Of a DNA stretch of 64,000 nt, positions 38,465-52,697 are shown in pieces. Position numbers and translations under genes: made by a program. This DNA is from Felis catus (Eukaryota). The DNA is taken from NCBI RefSeq assembly GCF_018350175.1, contig NC_058368.1:22880001-22944000 (forward strand), in the 5' to 3' direction. The notes beneath the pieces were generated by a model, which worked only from the letters and a program-made list of their open reading frames with translations, made no database searches and was not told the origin of the DNA. Position 1 is the stretch's first letter. Each line of letters starts with the position of its first letter.

Positions 38465-38695
38465 TTTATTTTATTTTGCTTTATTTTTATTTTTTAATGT
38501 TTGTTTATTTTTGAGAGGGACAGAGAATGAGCATGCATGAGTGGGGGAGGGGCAGAGAGAGTAGGAGGCAGAGAATCTAAAGCAGGCTCCATTCTGTCAG
38601 CACAAAGCCCTACACGGGGTTCAGACTCCTGAACTGTGAGATCATGACCTCACCCGAAGTCGGACACTTAACCAACTGAGCCACCCAGTTGCCTC
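38465..38695 (-). mobile_element. Carnivore SINE
   Basis: T tail, GA tract, reverse-complement head. Confidence 0.9.
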
Positions 38696-38779
38696 TACAC
38701 CGAACCATTATACCTCTCTCAACTGATATTTGTACATTCTCACCTTTCAAACATTATTGCTTTTATAACTTGTACATCC

Positions 38780-40150
38780 TCTAATCTACTTAAGCCACAT
38801 TGACTAAAGCCACAAATAACTAATTGCTAAAACTAAAAGATCCTTCTCACTTGTTCTGATACCCGATTTCCTTCAAACATGTGACACTCAAACACCTGCT
38901 CTTTCCTAAAATTCCCTCCCTCCCTTGGCTTTTTTGGCTTCATCCTCTGAGGCCCCTTCTCATTCTCTTTAACTTCTATCTAGTCCTTAAATGCTAGCAT
39001 TCTTTAGGGTTCAGCCCTTAGCCATTCTTGGTATTACATACCTTTACTTCAGGCAACCTCATCTTTCTTTATGGTTTTAACTTTCCCTGATGATTCTCAA
39101 ATCTGTAAGAGCTTATATCCTTCTGCTTACTACTTCTTCATATCCCATAAATGCCTCATGAATAATATTCTGAATATTATTCATCAAATATTCATCAAAT
39201 ATTTATCAAACCTGTTCTTGTTCATTTTGACTGCCTACTCTTGGCTTGGATATTCAGCATTTCTCAATTGAATTACTGCTATAGAGCAGTTCAGGGATTT
39301 TGACTATGTGTATGGTAATCAGGTCTATGCACGTGTAGTTTAGAAAAATACCTCGTCAGGTTATTCTAATTTGCACCCTTGGTTAAGAACCACTGTGACA
39401 CATTGAGAGGTCAATTTCTCACTATGTCCTCCTTAGTCCATCCCCTTGCAAACTACTACCATGAAATTCAGAAGCAAAAAAAGGACAAGTTTCAGGAAGA
39501 GGGAAAAGCAAGTGTGAAGGTCTTCAAGTATAAAGGAAGAGCTTTAAGCATTCAGGAAACTGGCTAGTTCATCATGAGCAGGCCAACAAGATGAGGTGAG
39601 AGAGGCAACAGAAGCTGGATCTTATAGGCACTGTCAAGGAATGTGCATTTCAACTGCAACAGGAAGCAATCAAAGGTTTAATATGGTGAACATGATCTGA
39701 CTCACATTTCTAGATTACTATTCTGGGGCTCTCTGGAGAATATATTTGGCGGTGGGGAGAGAGGAAAAGTGAGGAGAGTAGACACAGCAAGATCAATTAG
39801 GAGGCTACTGCAAAAAAATCCAAAACAAAGAGAAAGAGATCTTGGACAAGGGTGGTGAGACTGCAAATGGAGAATAGGAGATGGACTCGAGGTATTTAAA
39901 AGGTAGATTCAACAAGACTTGGTAAGAGATTAGATGTAGAAAGTGAGGAAAAGGACAGAAAAATGCTTCTAATCCAAGTTTATGCAGAGCAAAGGATAAT
40001 ACATCTTTTTCTTCTTTATTTACTGAGATGGAACACATTCCCACTCTAGCTTATATTCTTTAAGGACAGACAGAACTATGTCTAATAATCATATCCTCAG
40101 CAACTAGTAAAATACCTGGCATGCAAAGACCACTCAATATGTTTGTCGTG
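38780..40150. mobile_element. Highly decayed L2/MER5-like fragments
   Basis: L2-like pyrimidine- and purine-rich stretches, cctggcatgcaaagaccactcaatatgtttg 3' end, and a ggttaagaaccactg hAT-like end; boundaries uncertain. Confidence 0.5.
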
Positions 40151-40239
40151 TGTATATACAAATATACAATAGAATGAACAAACCCAAAGGACTATAAGGC
40201 ACAGAATAATAACAGTGAAAATCAAAAGAAAATTCATAC

Positions 40240-40317
40240 CTAACTGGAGTCTGCGGAAGCATCGTATTCACCTCTTCATCAGAGCTACTTTTTCGTGGTG
40301 TTCTCTGCATTTCAAAA
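40240..40317 (-). CDS. RB1: RB1 exon 11 (FEMQRTPRKSSSDEEVNTMLPQTPVR)
   Basis: 78 bp; acttag acceptor, GTATGA donor; T356 and T373 TP CDK sites retained. Confidence 0.96.
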
Positions 40318-41177
40318 CTAAGTAATGATAAACAAAGTCATTAATATATAGTTTGTGCTTTATAAATCAAAAGAGCAGTATATTACCATCATACAAAATG
40401 GTAAGTCAATAACAAGTGATAGGAAACAGACGATTCAAAAGCTGTTTAAGTAAGTCAAATTTTATTTTTTTCACCATTGTTTTTAAGTTGGGTTTTTCTT
40501 CCACTAGGTTTATGAAAAACAGGTGCACCAATTCATTAACAATTTTTTAAAAGTGAAAGTTAGATGCTATCTCTAAATGCTAGATGGTATTACTAACCAA
40601 GCTGTTCAGTATTAAAAAATATCAAAGCTTAAGTTTCTTAACCATTACGCCTTCCAAAGACCTTACTTTGACTTAAACTTGAAACATTCTGTATTTAACC
40701 TATAAATTATATAGATTTTCAGTTACATATTCAAAAACTTCATGCTAACGACATAAACATAATAAATTTTTTGTAATTACTCTCAATCACTCCTATTTTA
40801 GGATTATACATGACAATTCAAGAGAATATACTTTTGTATTAACATTTAAAAAAAAGAACCAAGCAATAATAGTAGATGAAAGGGTGGGAAAGAGAGACCA
40901 CTACTTAAGTAAACTAATTACTTCAACAATTTTCTTTTCATGCACATTTTAAAAATTATATTCAATAAAAAATAGTTGTTATAGAGAATAATTCACATTA
41001 AATCTCTATTTGTTAATATATGCTTATCAGCTTTATAGAAAGGCATTTGAAGTAACTTATTATAAATGATATTTAAAGATCACAAAGTTGAACAAAAACC
41101 TATTTAACCTACGTGTATCAATATCAACCTATAATGTTATAGCAAAAGCATCTCAACAAACAGACCATGTACAATAC

Positions 41178-41287
41178 CTGTCTATAGGATCAGCCTGAAG
41201 AGTTTTATCATGATCCAGAAATAATCTTGCATCAAGATCTTTGTTTTTAAGGTAAATTTCTTCATATTGTTTAGAGAGACTTTCCAC
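41178..41287 (-). CDS. RB1: RB1 exon 10 ([36 protein letters not shown])
   Basis: 110 bp; ttcttttgag acceptor, GTATTG donor. Confidence 0.96.
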
Positions 41288-41680
41288 CTCAAAAGAAAAA
41301 AAATACTGGTGATTATCCTTTTCATATCATTTCGTCTCTTAGTCCACAGAAGTACAGATTTAATTAAAGAATCTTTGTACAGCATACAATTTTATAATAT
41401 AGACAGAGTTCACATGCAGTAATAGAGCATATCTAAAAGTGACATTAAAAAATTGCTATCTTTTTAACTCTAATCTTAAACGGATTTTATGCATGCACCC
41501 CATTCATTAGAGTTTTTTGTAGACAATGATCACCAATAACACAAAATAGTACTGAGACAGATCTGTAAGACAAAAGTAAGTATTATTTTAATCAACTTAA
41601 TTGCCAAGATGCTCCAAATAGCCCATATATCCCTCACTTTTAATCTTCCACTATGATTATGAATATAAGAATATTTTTCA

Positions 41681-41886
41681 GGGCGCCTGGGTGGCTCAGT
41701 TGGTTAAGCATCCGACTTTGGCTCAGGTCATGATCTCACATTTGGCGAGTTCGAGTCCTGCAACAGGCTCTGTGCTGACAGCTGAGTCTGGAGCCTGCTT
41801 CCAATTCTGTGTCTCCCTGTCTCTCTGCCCCTCCTCTGCTCATATTCATTCTCTGTCTCTCTCTCTAAATAAATAAACATTAAAAA
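41681..41886 (+). mobile_element. Felid SINE
   Basis: TSD aagaatatttttca at 41667-41680 and 41887-41900. Confidence 0.94.
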
Positions 41887-42347
41887 AAGAATATTTTTCA
41901 AACATTATAACAAACTCCTGATTACACATTCTGCCTATCTTTTCTAAATTCTTTGGTGGCATTCCAACTCCCCGCCCAATTAACGTATCACAATGTATTC
42001 CTAATCTCAGATACCTTTTCATTTGTTAGAATCTGTAATTCTTTTGTAAGTTCTGATTCATTATTTTCTAAACATAATTAAAACCAATGCCCAGTAAATA
42101 ACTATTTGGCATGACTTCTGCTATGACTTTTAAAGTCAAAATATTTCTAACCTGAGAGAACTAAAATTGCATTTTAAAAGGAGTGGTAGGAAGAAATCCA
42201 GCTAGTGTAAATTTTTTTCTATGTAAGTTTTTTAGGTAGAACAGTTATTCATGTTAATTAAGTTCAATCACTGTGCCCTATCTTAGTGAGGCGCTAATTA
42301 TCAATCATTTATTGACTGGCAGCTATTACTGCTATTTGAAAGATGCT

Positions 42348-42785
42348 GGGGGCACCTGGGTGGATCAGTGGGTTGAACATCTGACTTCGGCTCAGGTCAT
42401 GATCTTGTGGTTTACGAGTGGAGTCCGGCGTGGGGCTCTGTGCTGACATCTCAAAGCCTGGAGCCAGCTTTGGATTCTGTGTCTCCCTGTCTCTGCCCCT
42501 CCCCCACTCATTCTCGGTCTCAAAAATAAATAAACATTAAAAAACCATTTAAGAAAGATGCTGGGGTGGGGGTGTGGGTAGCTCAGTGGGTTAAGCATCC
42601 AACTCTTGATTTCCGCTCGAGTCATGATTTCATGGTTCGTGGGTTCGAGCCCCATGTCAGGCTCTGCACTGGCAGTGTGGAGCCTGCTTGGGATTCTGGC
42701 TCCTTCTTTCTCTGCCCCTCCCCCAATCACACACTCGTTGTCTCTCTCTCTCAAAATAAATAAATAAACAAACATTTTTAAAAAA
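42348..42785 (+). mobile_element. Two head-to-tail SINEs (about 42348-42550 and 42563-42780)
   Basis: Two complete SINEs bounded by three copies of aaa(g/a)atgctgg. Confidence 0.92.
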
Positions 42786-44111
42786 TGCTGGCGTAAAGTT
42801 TATTTTAGGATTTCTACTAAAACTGTAATCCTTTCTAATGAAGGAATAAAAATTACTATGAGTGTCCAAAATTCTTTAGAGCTGTGAGCAGGTTATTTTT
42901 TGGCACATCAGTTGATAAGAAAGCTCAGTAATACAACATTTGACCCCATTTCTTGCTTCTCTAGTGTCTTTTGCACTGCATCCCAATCTTAACAAATTAG
43001 CTGGAGTTCACTGAACAGACCAAACTATCATAAACTATTGTCCCTTTGAATCTATAATTTCTAACACTGAAAATATCTTTCTTTCTCATAAAGCTTATTC
43101 ACTTCAGAAATCACATCTCCAAACAATTTTCCACAAAACCCATCTGCCCCACTTTGGATTAGGTGGATATCACAGCACCATGTGCAGACTTGTATCAGAC
43201 TCTTGCAGACTCCTCTAATGTTCTATTTCTTTGTCTTTTTCGTACTATGACCTTGTTGACTGTGAGTTAAATCTCTAATGAATAATATCTAGCACAATGC
43301 CTGGCACACATTAAGCACTCAATAAATGATTGTTGGATGAGTAAGTTTATTAATTCAAGGACTAGCTACCAATTTGGGGAGTAGAATCAGCAGACTAGCT
43401 ATCTGATTCCATGTCTTTTGGTCTTGATAACTAATACCAGGTGCTTCTAAAACATTGCTTTAGCACTGAGTGCTTGTTCTTCATCATTTATCTAAGCATT
43501 CTTTTCTCCACATCTTACCACGTAAAGTTCTAGGTTGTTCTGTTCTCATTGGAGAGCAAGATATTTGAGGCAAAATATGAAAAGAAACAAAGATGGATGG
43601 CACACCACTAAGGTAAAACATTTCTGCAATATAATCACAGCCATTTCAACCAAATTTCTTTTCAATTAAGTAGTTTAAAGTATTCCAAAGAGATGCTCCA
43701 TAATATAGTAATGCCAATAATGTTGATAGCATCAATCCATGGATCCTATGCTCAAGGATGTAGAGCAAATCAGAATCAAAATTTGATTGTGAATATTTAA
43801 TTATACTGTACTTAAATATAATGGCCTTCAGAAATCCAAAAGCCCACACTTTGATTTTTTAAAATTTCAGTATAAATCAACTTCTAGTGAAAATTATAAA
43901 TGCTGCTTATTTATACATCTGAATATATACTCAAAAGGTTTTTCTGTTACTTATATAAAGTTGGCTTAGCACAATTCTACTTAGATTTCTTTCCTTGGGC
44001 AAAAAATATTTAATACACAGCAAAGCAACTTTAAGAAATTAGGCAGCTATTCCTTCCTCCCAAAAGTCCCAAAACACATTAACTTTTTATTAGTTAATTT
44101 TTCCTTCCTAC

Positions 44112-44189
44112 CTCTGGAAGTCCATTAGAAGCTACAATTCCAAGAGAATTCATAAAAGGTATGAAATTTTTGAAATAAACATTTTTCAC
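44112..44189 (-). CDS. RB1: RB1 exon 9 ([26 protein letters not shown])
   Basis: 78 bp; tttttcag acceptor, GTAGGA donor. Confidence 0.96.
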
Positions 44190-44399
44190 CTGAAAAAGAT
44201 AAAGTTACAACACAGCCATTAAAAGAAAAACCTTAATGTCTGTCACTTTTAACACTAGAATGAAAGTGCTAAATGACATTTTAATCAATGACTTACATTC
44301 AACCTAATGTGATACTTATTTATAATTAATTCAATTATTTACTTTTTAATTTACGTGAGGCAGATTTCAAGTCCTAGAATGGAAGTGGAGTAGAGGACT

Positions 44400-44560
44400 G
44401 TTAATGAAATGGGATTTATAAGAAGAAAACCCATTGAAACCAATCTCAGTATTCTGCATTTAACAAATGATGAAAAGATGGCTCAAAAAAATTAGGCAAC
44501 TTGACCAAAGTTACACAGCTAGGAAGTGGCAGAGCTGGAATTAAAACCCAATGTATCATC
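44400..44560. mobile_element. MIR relic
   Basis: catttaacaaatgatgaaa...caacttgaccaaagttacacagctaggaagtggcagagctgg core. Confidence 0.7.
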
Positions 44561-45468
44561 AAAGCCAAGACGCTTTACTTCTCCCTACTATCTCTGATTT
44601 CTCCCTGAAGCATATTTTTAGGCCACTTCATATTTATCATGATAGCTAGCTTAGGGAACAGTCAAGTATTTTTGCAGAAATTTAGGAAAATAACCTGTTT
44701 TTACAAGAAAATAATTTCACAAACATAAAGGATACCCCATAATTCAATTCAAAATCACATAAAAATATTTTGTAGAATGATGCATTTTCATACAAAAGCA
44801 TCCTACATTTATTTAACATAGATAATAAAGACTGTAATAGGAAACCTGGAGTCATATTCCAGGCTGTTGTGCACTTGCAGTGTGCTACAAAATTTTAAAC
44901 AACTTACTTATTTTCATTTAACTTCTCAAAATCTGAAGTCTACATATATTAAGGTAGAAATAATATCAGTTCATATCTTCTACTTCACATATAAGTTATA
45001 AAAATTGGCTTTTGTAATACTTTTTGTTTTTTAATTAACTCCCACTTAACTGGAGTATTTATAAGGTAGGTAGTTTTAACTAACCAATTAGTATTAACTA
45101 ACCAATAATTATATAGCCATAAATGTAACTAATCAATATATAACCAAAAACATTATATGTAAATACCCACTGTCAATTGACTGTCAATGACTACCATAGT
45201 TTTTAATCATCTACACTTTAAAAATCATTCCCATATTCTAAGTTACAGAAGTTATTTAAAATGAAAAAATTTTAATCATTTATTCCTGATTTTAGAAATA
45301 AAATTTTATAAGTAGTTCTGAAATCCATAGAATTAACAACCAGAAATTAGCAAACTGTATTTATGTCTGTTCATTATCTTAAGGGACTTAGCAATAGACT
45401 GGGTTAAAAAATATTTCAACTACATTTGTCAGCTTATTAACAGATTATTTGTGATTCTAGAAAGTAAA

Positions 45469-45475
45469 ACACACA

Positions 45476-45525
<50 letters not shown>
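45469..45525. repeat. (CA)n microsatellite, intron 8
   Basis: Dinucleotide run with one interruption. Confidence 0.96.
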
Positions 45526-45528
<3 letters not shown>

Positions 45529-46344
45529 TAAAGTTGATACATCTGTATCCACAGGTATACATCTGCATCTTTGCTAAAACTGACAAAAGCCACAGTACTA
45601 GAATTTAGGTATCTTGGTAAATCATTCCAACACTTCTTAAACTAAATTTTGAGATCATACTCCATTCCTTCCCAGTTGACAGAGAAATTTCAAAGATGCA
45701 ACATTTCATACAGCTATCTGGCAGTAGTGAACTGTGGACAATATAACAATCTATGAGAGAAACAGCATTGTACACTAAAAGGAGAAACTGGTAGCAGATT
45801 TACCAAAATCTAGACTCTGTTAGTAATTAGCTATCAATCTCTAGAAGCTCATTCACTCATTACTAAAAGGAGGTTGAGTACATTGTTTCTAACATTCCTT
45901 CCAATTCCAACACCCCAGATTCTGTGAACAACATAAGCAATTCCAGGATGTTCAAGTATATTCTCTACCATCCATTAGTATCTGGTGTAATATTTGGAAA
46001 GAGTGTATAGGCTGAACAGCAATTTAATGTTGATATTACTTAACACCAGGATTTTCTTGCAGGGTATTTTAAAACTTAGGAATTATCAGTAGCCACAGAA
46101 GAATCAAAGAACAAATTCATTTGAAAACTACTGCCTTAATGATGCACCTTTCAGTGATTCCTGAATAAGGGAGGCACTCTCTTTAAAATCAAAGTAACTT
46201 AATATGAAAAGTAATTTTTTTCTAAATATTTTGCTGCAAAAGAATTAGCACTAATTACAAAAGCAACTTGTCACGAAAGAAGTATATACTGTTAGGAAGA
46301 ACTTATATCTAAATCTACTTCATTTTAAAGAAATCATGAAGTTA

Positions 46345-46509
<165 letters not shown>

Positions 46510-48059
46510 TTAGATAAGAACAATTGCACATTCCACTGTATAAAATAATGAAGTATTCTAACTCGGGGGATCAGAAATAATCTTGGTAACATTCTGCTAC
46601 TTTTATTTATTAGGCTTCATTAAAAGGCTAATAGTCTCATCTGTTTATTGAATATTTGTTTTATTTACTGATAATAGCTTTTGCCATCCCTATTCTCTTC
46701 TGCCCCCAACCAGCCAAAAAAGAAACAATTATAAACAAGATGTAAAGCCCTATAGGCAAATATGGAGAAGGCAAGGGAAATAGCCAACTTATAAACTTAC
46801 TCTAAAATGTATCCTACTCAGTCTGTAAGGGAAAAAAAGGTTTCCTATCTTGGAGAGTCTTAAAAAGAGTAAGTATTTATGGATTTAATTGCTAGACATA
46901 GTATAAAAATAAATAAAATTTTAAAGTTTGAGCAAAACCCACAATAAATTATGCTTTTAAAAATATATATATTAATATGTAAATATTAATATATATGTAT
47001 TATATTAATATATATGTATTATATGATAAAGGGTGATTTTTTAAAAATCTTCTGTATTTTCAGTATTCCCCATTTAAACTGAAAATGGATTCAACTATTA
47101 AAAGAGATTACAAATGACTAAATATAAAATGTATTAACTGCCTCCGGGCCTAACCACCAACTTACAGGAAATTGAGAGAATATAGGAACATGTTAAACTA
47201 TACAACAAAATGCAGTCAGAAAAAATTAAACCATGTGAAGCTTCACAGAATAAACCACCTAATTACTTAATAAATCAGTTATAAGAAAAAAAAAGACAGA
47301 AAAGGAAGTTTTTTTTGTCTCAAAAGCGTATCAACCAGTCATAAGGTATAGATCTTATTTAGATTCTGATTTAGTCAACCTGTAAAAAAAAAAAAAGTTT
47401 AAAATCACTTTTAAAAGGCAAGTGAAAATCTGAACACTTACTAGTTATTTGGTGGTATTAGGTTAGAAATCACTATTGATTTTCAGGTGTGCTAACAGTC
47501 ACTATGCTTTTTAAAAAGACTACCTTTTAGAAATACATACTAAAATTTGTAAGAAAGAAATGGTATACAAAGATGTGCTTCAAAATAATATAGCTGATGC
47601 AACTAGGCAGCAGATGGGGTTCCTGGTTGACCATAAATTATATGCTGAAGGCACGTGATTAAGTACATGAGGCTTATTATACTACTGTCTACTTTTGTAT
47701 ATTCATCTGGAATTTTCATAATAAAAAGGTAATTAAAAGTTTACCCTCAAATGCTATCTACTCTTCAACACTCAGTTCATATCCACCTCTTTGATATGGT
47801 CTTCCTTGGTCTTCCCCTGCTTTCTCGTCGCTTGAACTCTCATAGCATTTACTATATTTTGACCCAGATCACTTAGAAAGTGATAATATACTGATTACTT
47901 ACTTACTTGTCTTATCTCTACTTCTATACCTTATACTACTTGAGGGCAGAGTCCAGGTCTGATTTCTTTATCATCCCTTCAGCTCTAGAACTATGTTTTG
48001 GACCTAGTCGATATTAAATAAACAACTGTTGAGTAATGATGTAGAAGGTGCATAAATTA

Positions 48060-48221
<162 letters not shown>

Positions 48222-48489
48222 CTAGAAACGGGAGATTGAGATCTTTAAATCAGGGAAAATTGTAGGTATGGGCATATGCATACACTCATTTATTTAAGAG
48301 TCACTAAAGGCATATTAAAGCTTAAAATTTTTTGTTTCACAAAAACTCAAGATTTGAAACATATAAAATATAAATGAAATATATAAAAGGTTATGAAATT
48401 ATAAATGAAGTATAAATCTACCATGAGAATTTGACATTTAGCTATTATTATTATAATTCATTCCCTATGTCTAAATTCATTTTGTTTCT

Positions 48490-48620
48490 GGAGCATCTGG
48501 GTGGCTCAGTTGGTTAAGCATCCAACTTTGGCTCAGGTCATGATCTCACAGTTCGTGAATTCAAGTCCCATGTCAGGCTCTGAGCTGACAGCTCAGAGCT
48601 GGAGCCTCCTTTGGATTCTG

Positions 48621-48651
<31 letters not shown>

Positions 48652-48715
48652 GCCCCTCCCCCACTCATGCTCGCTCTCTCTCCCTCTCAAAAATAAGTAA
48701 ACATTAAATAAGTAA
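48490..48715 (+). mobile_element. Felid/carnivore SINE
   Basis: Head, (CT)n, A-rich tail. Confidence 0.92.
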
Positions 48716-49775
48716 GTAAATACATAAAATGGTCAAGTGAAGTCAGATCAAATCCTCCTCCAATACCCAATGAAATTAAAGGAAAACATGTACTGGCTAA
48801 GTGTCAGTACCAACACCAAATTTAAGAGATACTGACTCAGAGTATCCTCATCTTTTCCTCCTCTTACGTGGAGGGCACAGAAATTGCTGATGAGAGAAGG
48901 GTAAAAGAGAGGAAGTAAATGGTAGCTAACTTTCTGATAAACACAGAGACTCCAGTATATTGTGCTGAACTGGGGGCCAATCTGAATCCCAACACAATCC
49001 TGTTACGGAAACAGGATGTAATTATCACTATAAATGTTCTATTGTAGAGTTCATTCTAACAAGAATCTCAGAACAACAAAGACTCATACCATTCTAGATA
49101 AATTCTCTACTTTCTCCCTCACCCCGACTAAAAATAAATATAATAAAAAGGCTTTACTCATATTGTAGCTCTTTGGGGAATACAACGAGCCAAAGATAAA
49201 ATGCAAAGTGAGTGAAAAGAGATTTATTCACACTACATCAGAGAAAACAGAACATCAAACACCAACCACAACAGAGAAACTAGAACATCAGGTCAGGGTT
49301 GCCTACAAAAAGTCCTAGTAACATGAGGTGGGGGAGAGCATGAGAAACACAGCAGTTATGCAAACACAGTACAGAAAATAAAACAAGAAAAGAAATAAAA
49401 GAATCACAATGTAAGAAGGGGAAAAAAATCAGAGAACCCAATCTGGAAGATAATATACGAGAAGAAAACGCCCTATGACTCCTTGCACTAAGAAATAAAA
49501 AGCACAAGTTATATAAAAATAAGGAGCTAGAAAAGCTAAGGAAAAACTGAGGACCAAATAACACCATTACAAACACAGTTTAGCTCAAAACAGAAGAAAG
49601 GCTCGAGACAAAAAACAGTTAATACATAAGAAAAAGACCAAAGATCAGAATAGTACGAGAAAAGATACTAAATATGGAGGACAAAAACAATCCAACATAA
49701 GACAGCTAAGTTCCTGAAACAGAATAGAATAGCACCTAACTGAATAGAATAATATTTAAAAATGTAGTGCATGAA

Positions 49776-49925
49776 GGGTTCCTGGGTGGCTCAGTTGGTG
49801 ATCTCCTGGTTCATGGGTTCAAGCCCCACGTTGGACTCCGCGCTGGCAGTGCTGACCCTGCTTGGGATTCTCTCTCTGCCCCTCCCCCACTTGTGCTTTC
49901 TCTCTCTCTCAAAATAAACTTGAAA
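49776..49925 (+). mobile_element. SINE with internal deletion
   Basis: Head joined directly to gatctcctggttcatggg; flanking aaaaatgtagt repeats. Confidence 0.85.
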
Positions 49926-50098
49926 AAATGTAGTATGTTAAGATTTCTTTGAAATAAAGTGCAGACCTTCAGTTTAAAAAGAGATATAGTGTTACAAGGA
50001 AAACTAATACAGAATAATAAAAAACAAAAGAGATATTCTAGTTAAGATAATGAACCTCAAACTTAAAAAAAAATCAAGTATTTAGACAGTAAATAAGT

Positions 50099-50292
50099 GG
50101 GGGCACCTGGGTGGCTCAGTCAGTTAAGCATCTGACTTCAGCTCAGGTCATGATCTCACAGTCCGTGAATTCAAGTCTCGCATCAGGCCCTGTGCCAACA
50201 GCTCAGAGCCTGGAGCCTGCTTCGGATTCTGTGTCTCCCTTTCTCTCTGCCTCTCCCCCACTCGCACTATCTCTCAAGAAAAAAAAAAAAAA
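50099..50292 (+). mobile_element. Felid SINE
   Basis: Head, core, poly(A); TSD agtaaataag. Confidence 0.93.
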
Positions 50293-51222
50293 AGTAAATA
50301 AGGGGCGGAAATTAAGCTAGTCTCCAATTTTTTAATAGCAATGTTTAATGCCATAAGACAGTGTCCTGAGGAAAACAAGTATGACACAAAAATAGGATAG
50401 ACAGCCAAGTGGTCCTTCAAGTATAAAGCCTATGGACATGACTCATAAACAACACAGAGAATATGGTGCCAAAAAGCCTGTTTTGAAAAACTCCTTCTTG
50501 GTAAAATCCAGCCACTAAAGATGAATCAAAATAAAGAACTCAGAAATGGAGAAGCTGTAACAGAGAAGTGACAACAAACTTAGAATCCACCAAAACAGAG
50601 AAGTGAGAATAAACAAGTAATTTTAATTATAGAAGAGAATGTATGTGTTATAATCTTTGATAACGTTAATACAAAAATGCAAAAATCTTAAAGTAGGGAA
50701 TGGGAGGTAACAGGAAGAGTGGTAATATTATTGCTCTTTTCTTTCAAGCAGATTAATACCTTTAAATCGAAACACAAGGTAAAATTAAAAAGACTGTAAC
50801 CTTAATTTTTTAATAATGTTTTATAATCTTAGAGAAATTATAACTGGAATGACAGTCTAATTTTAATGATAATTATTTCTAGGTAGGTTTTGGGTAATTT
50901 TCTACACTTTTCTTTGCATTTTCTGTATTATTTGAATTATGTATTGTGACTGTATCATTTTTATAAAAACAGTAACATTATTCTTAAAAAAAAGGGAAGA
51001 AGGATAAAAGGTATTAGAAACAGAAATGAAATAAGACATTTCCAAAGCTGCTTCCAGTGCCATAATTACGAGAACTTGCTAAGAGTTCACAAGCCACACA
51101 GAGAATTGGGGAGTGGGGGGGCGGGAGTAACATTAAACTGAATAAAAAATTGAGCATAGTCCAAAATAATTATCAATTATTGCATTTGAAACATTCACAT
51201 GTAACAAAAACAATGACTTTAC

Positions 51223-51290
51223 CTTTAGCTAGTAAAAATGTGATCCAAGAAGCTTTTAGCACCAACAGAGAGTTTATTTCAGTAGATAGC
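51223..51290 (-). CDS. RB1: RB1 exon 6 ([22 protein letters not shown])
   Basis: 68 bp; ttaccag acceptor, GTAAAG donor. Confidence 0.96.
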
Positions 51291-51341
51291 CTGGTAAACA
51301 AACAAAGCAGAAAAAAATTTTACACTGACAGTCTTCAACTA

Positions 51342-51495
51342 TTTTTTTCCTTTTACTTATTTATTTTGAGAGAGAGAGAGAGTACATGCACACACAAGGT
51401 GTAGGTAGAGAGAGGTAGAGAGAGGCAGAGAGGGAGGGAGAATACTAAGCAGGCTTCACCAACAGTGTGGAGCAATTGAGACACCCAGGCACCTC
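51342..51495 (-). mobile_element. Internally deleted SINE
   Basis: T tail, GA tract, cacccaggcacct end. Confidence 0.75.
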
Positions 51496-52406
51496 TTCCT
51501 TCTTTTTAAATTACAGGCCTAAGTTGATTGCGTAAGAGAATACAATCCATTTTAAATGTACAATTTACACATTAACTCAATTTGCTTCAATTCAGTGAGT
51601 GGTTTTACCAATATTTATATTTAGCCCATGTACAAAATGTACAAAATACATTTTGTAAAGGAAATATTTAACATTTCAATTCTAATCGAAAAATATGCAT
51701 AAAAAGTGGTATACTATGATGCACTTGGTTTCCAATTACTTAATACTTTCCTGCCCTTTGCTTTCTAATTAAAATCAACATTTAAGCAGAGAGAGAGAGA
51801 GGTTTGGGTGACTCTACTAATTTAACACTATGCTTTGATAACTTGTTGGTATTAACAACTGGAATAGATTAATTAATAAACATATAATTTCCCTTTATAT
51901 CAATCATCTTCAATACCACTAGTTCAGTGGGGCAGAATATCTCATATACTACTCATACCATTTCCAAAGAAAATCTCTAGAGCTCTTACATGGGTATACT
52001 GTTGGAGCATGTACCATATACATTTAAAAAGATAATTTGGAAATTTTAATATACACTTCACATTTACTCTTACAAAAACACTATGCTTTTAGTCTTACTA
52101 AAGTTAATAAAGTGCTTATAATGGACCCTCAAAAAAATTTTAGCCAGTGAATATGCATTTTCCCCTGAGCAGGTGATATGTTGCACTGAATGAACTTCCA
52201 CCCTATTAGTTCACCTTGCAGTAAAGCACATGTATTTCGTACCACTGTCTTTGTGAGAAGGTAAGTAATCTGCACGGAGTATAAATCTATGACCTTCATT
52301 TATTAGGTAGCATGTTATAATCTATCAAACTAACCCTGACATTAACATGTTTGGGATTATTCCAGAAAAATCTTTAAAAAAAAAAAAAGAAAAAAAAAAA
52401 AAGACA

Positions 52407-52625
52407 GGGGCAGCTGGGTGGCTCAATGGTGTCCAACTCTTGCTTTCAGCTCACGTCATGATCTCATGGTTTATAAGTTCGACCCCTACATTGGGCTCTG
52501 TGTTGACAGTGTAGAGCCTGCTTGGGATTTTTCTCCTTCCCTCTCTCTATGCTCCTCCCCTACTCATGCTGTCCTCTCTCTCTCAAAATAAATAAAATAT
52601 TTTAAAAAAATAAATAAAAATAAAA
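52407..52625 (+). mobile_element. Carnivore SINE close to the exon 5 donor
   Basis: Head follows an A-rich run; tail ends about 35 bp from exon 5. Confidence 0.9.
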
Positions 52626-52658
52626 GAAGATAAAAATAACATGCCAGGAAATACTTAC

Positions 52659-52697
52659 AAACTGCCAGGTTGTGTCAAATATATATGTTCACATGTC
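52659..52697 (-). CDS. RB1: RB1 exon 5 (TCEHIYLTQPGS)
   Basis: 39 bp; ttttag acceptor, GTAAGT donor; phase fits neighbours. Confidence 0.95.

Noticed and set aside
41182..41385. ORF-track ORFs overlapping RB1 exons (e.g. 41182-41385, 51150-51404)
   Set aside because: They are in the wrong frame or strand; the real coding sequence is the spliced minus-strand exons.
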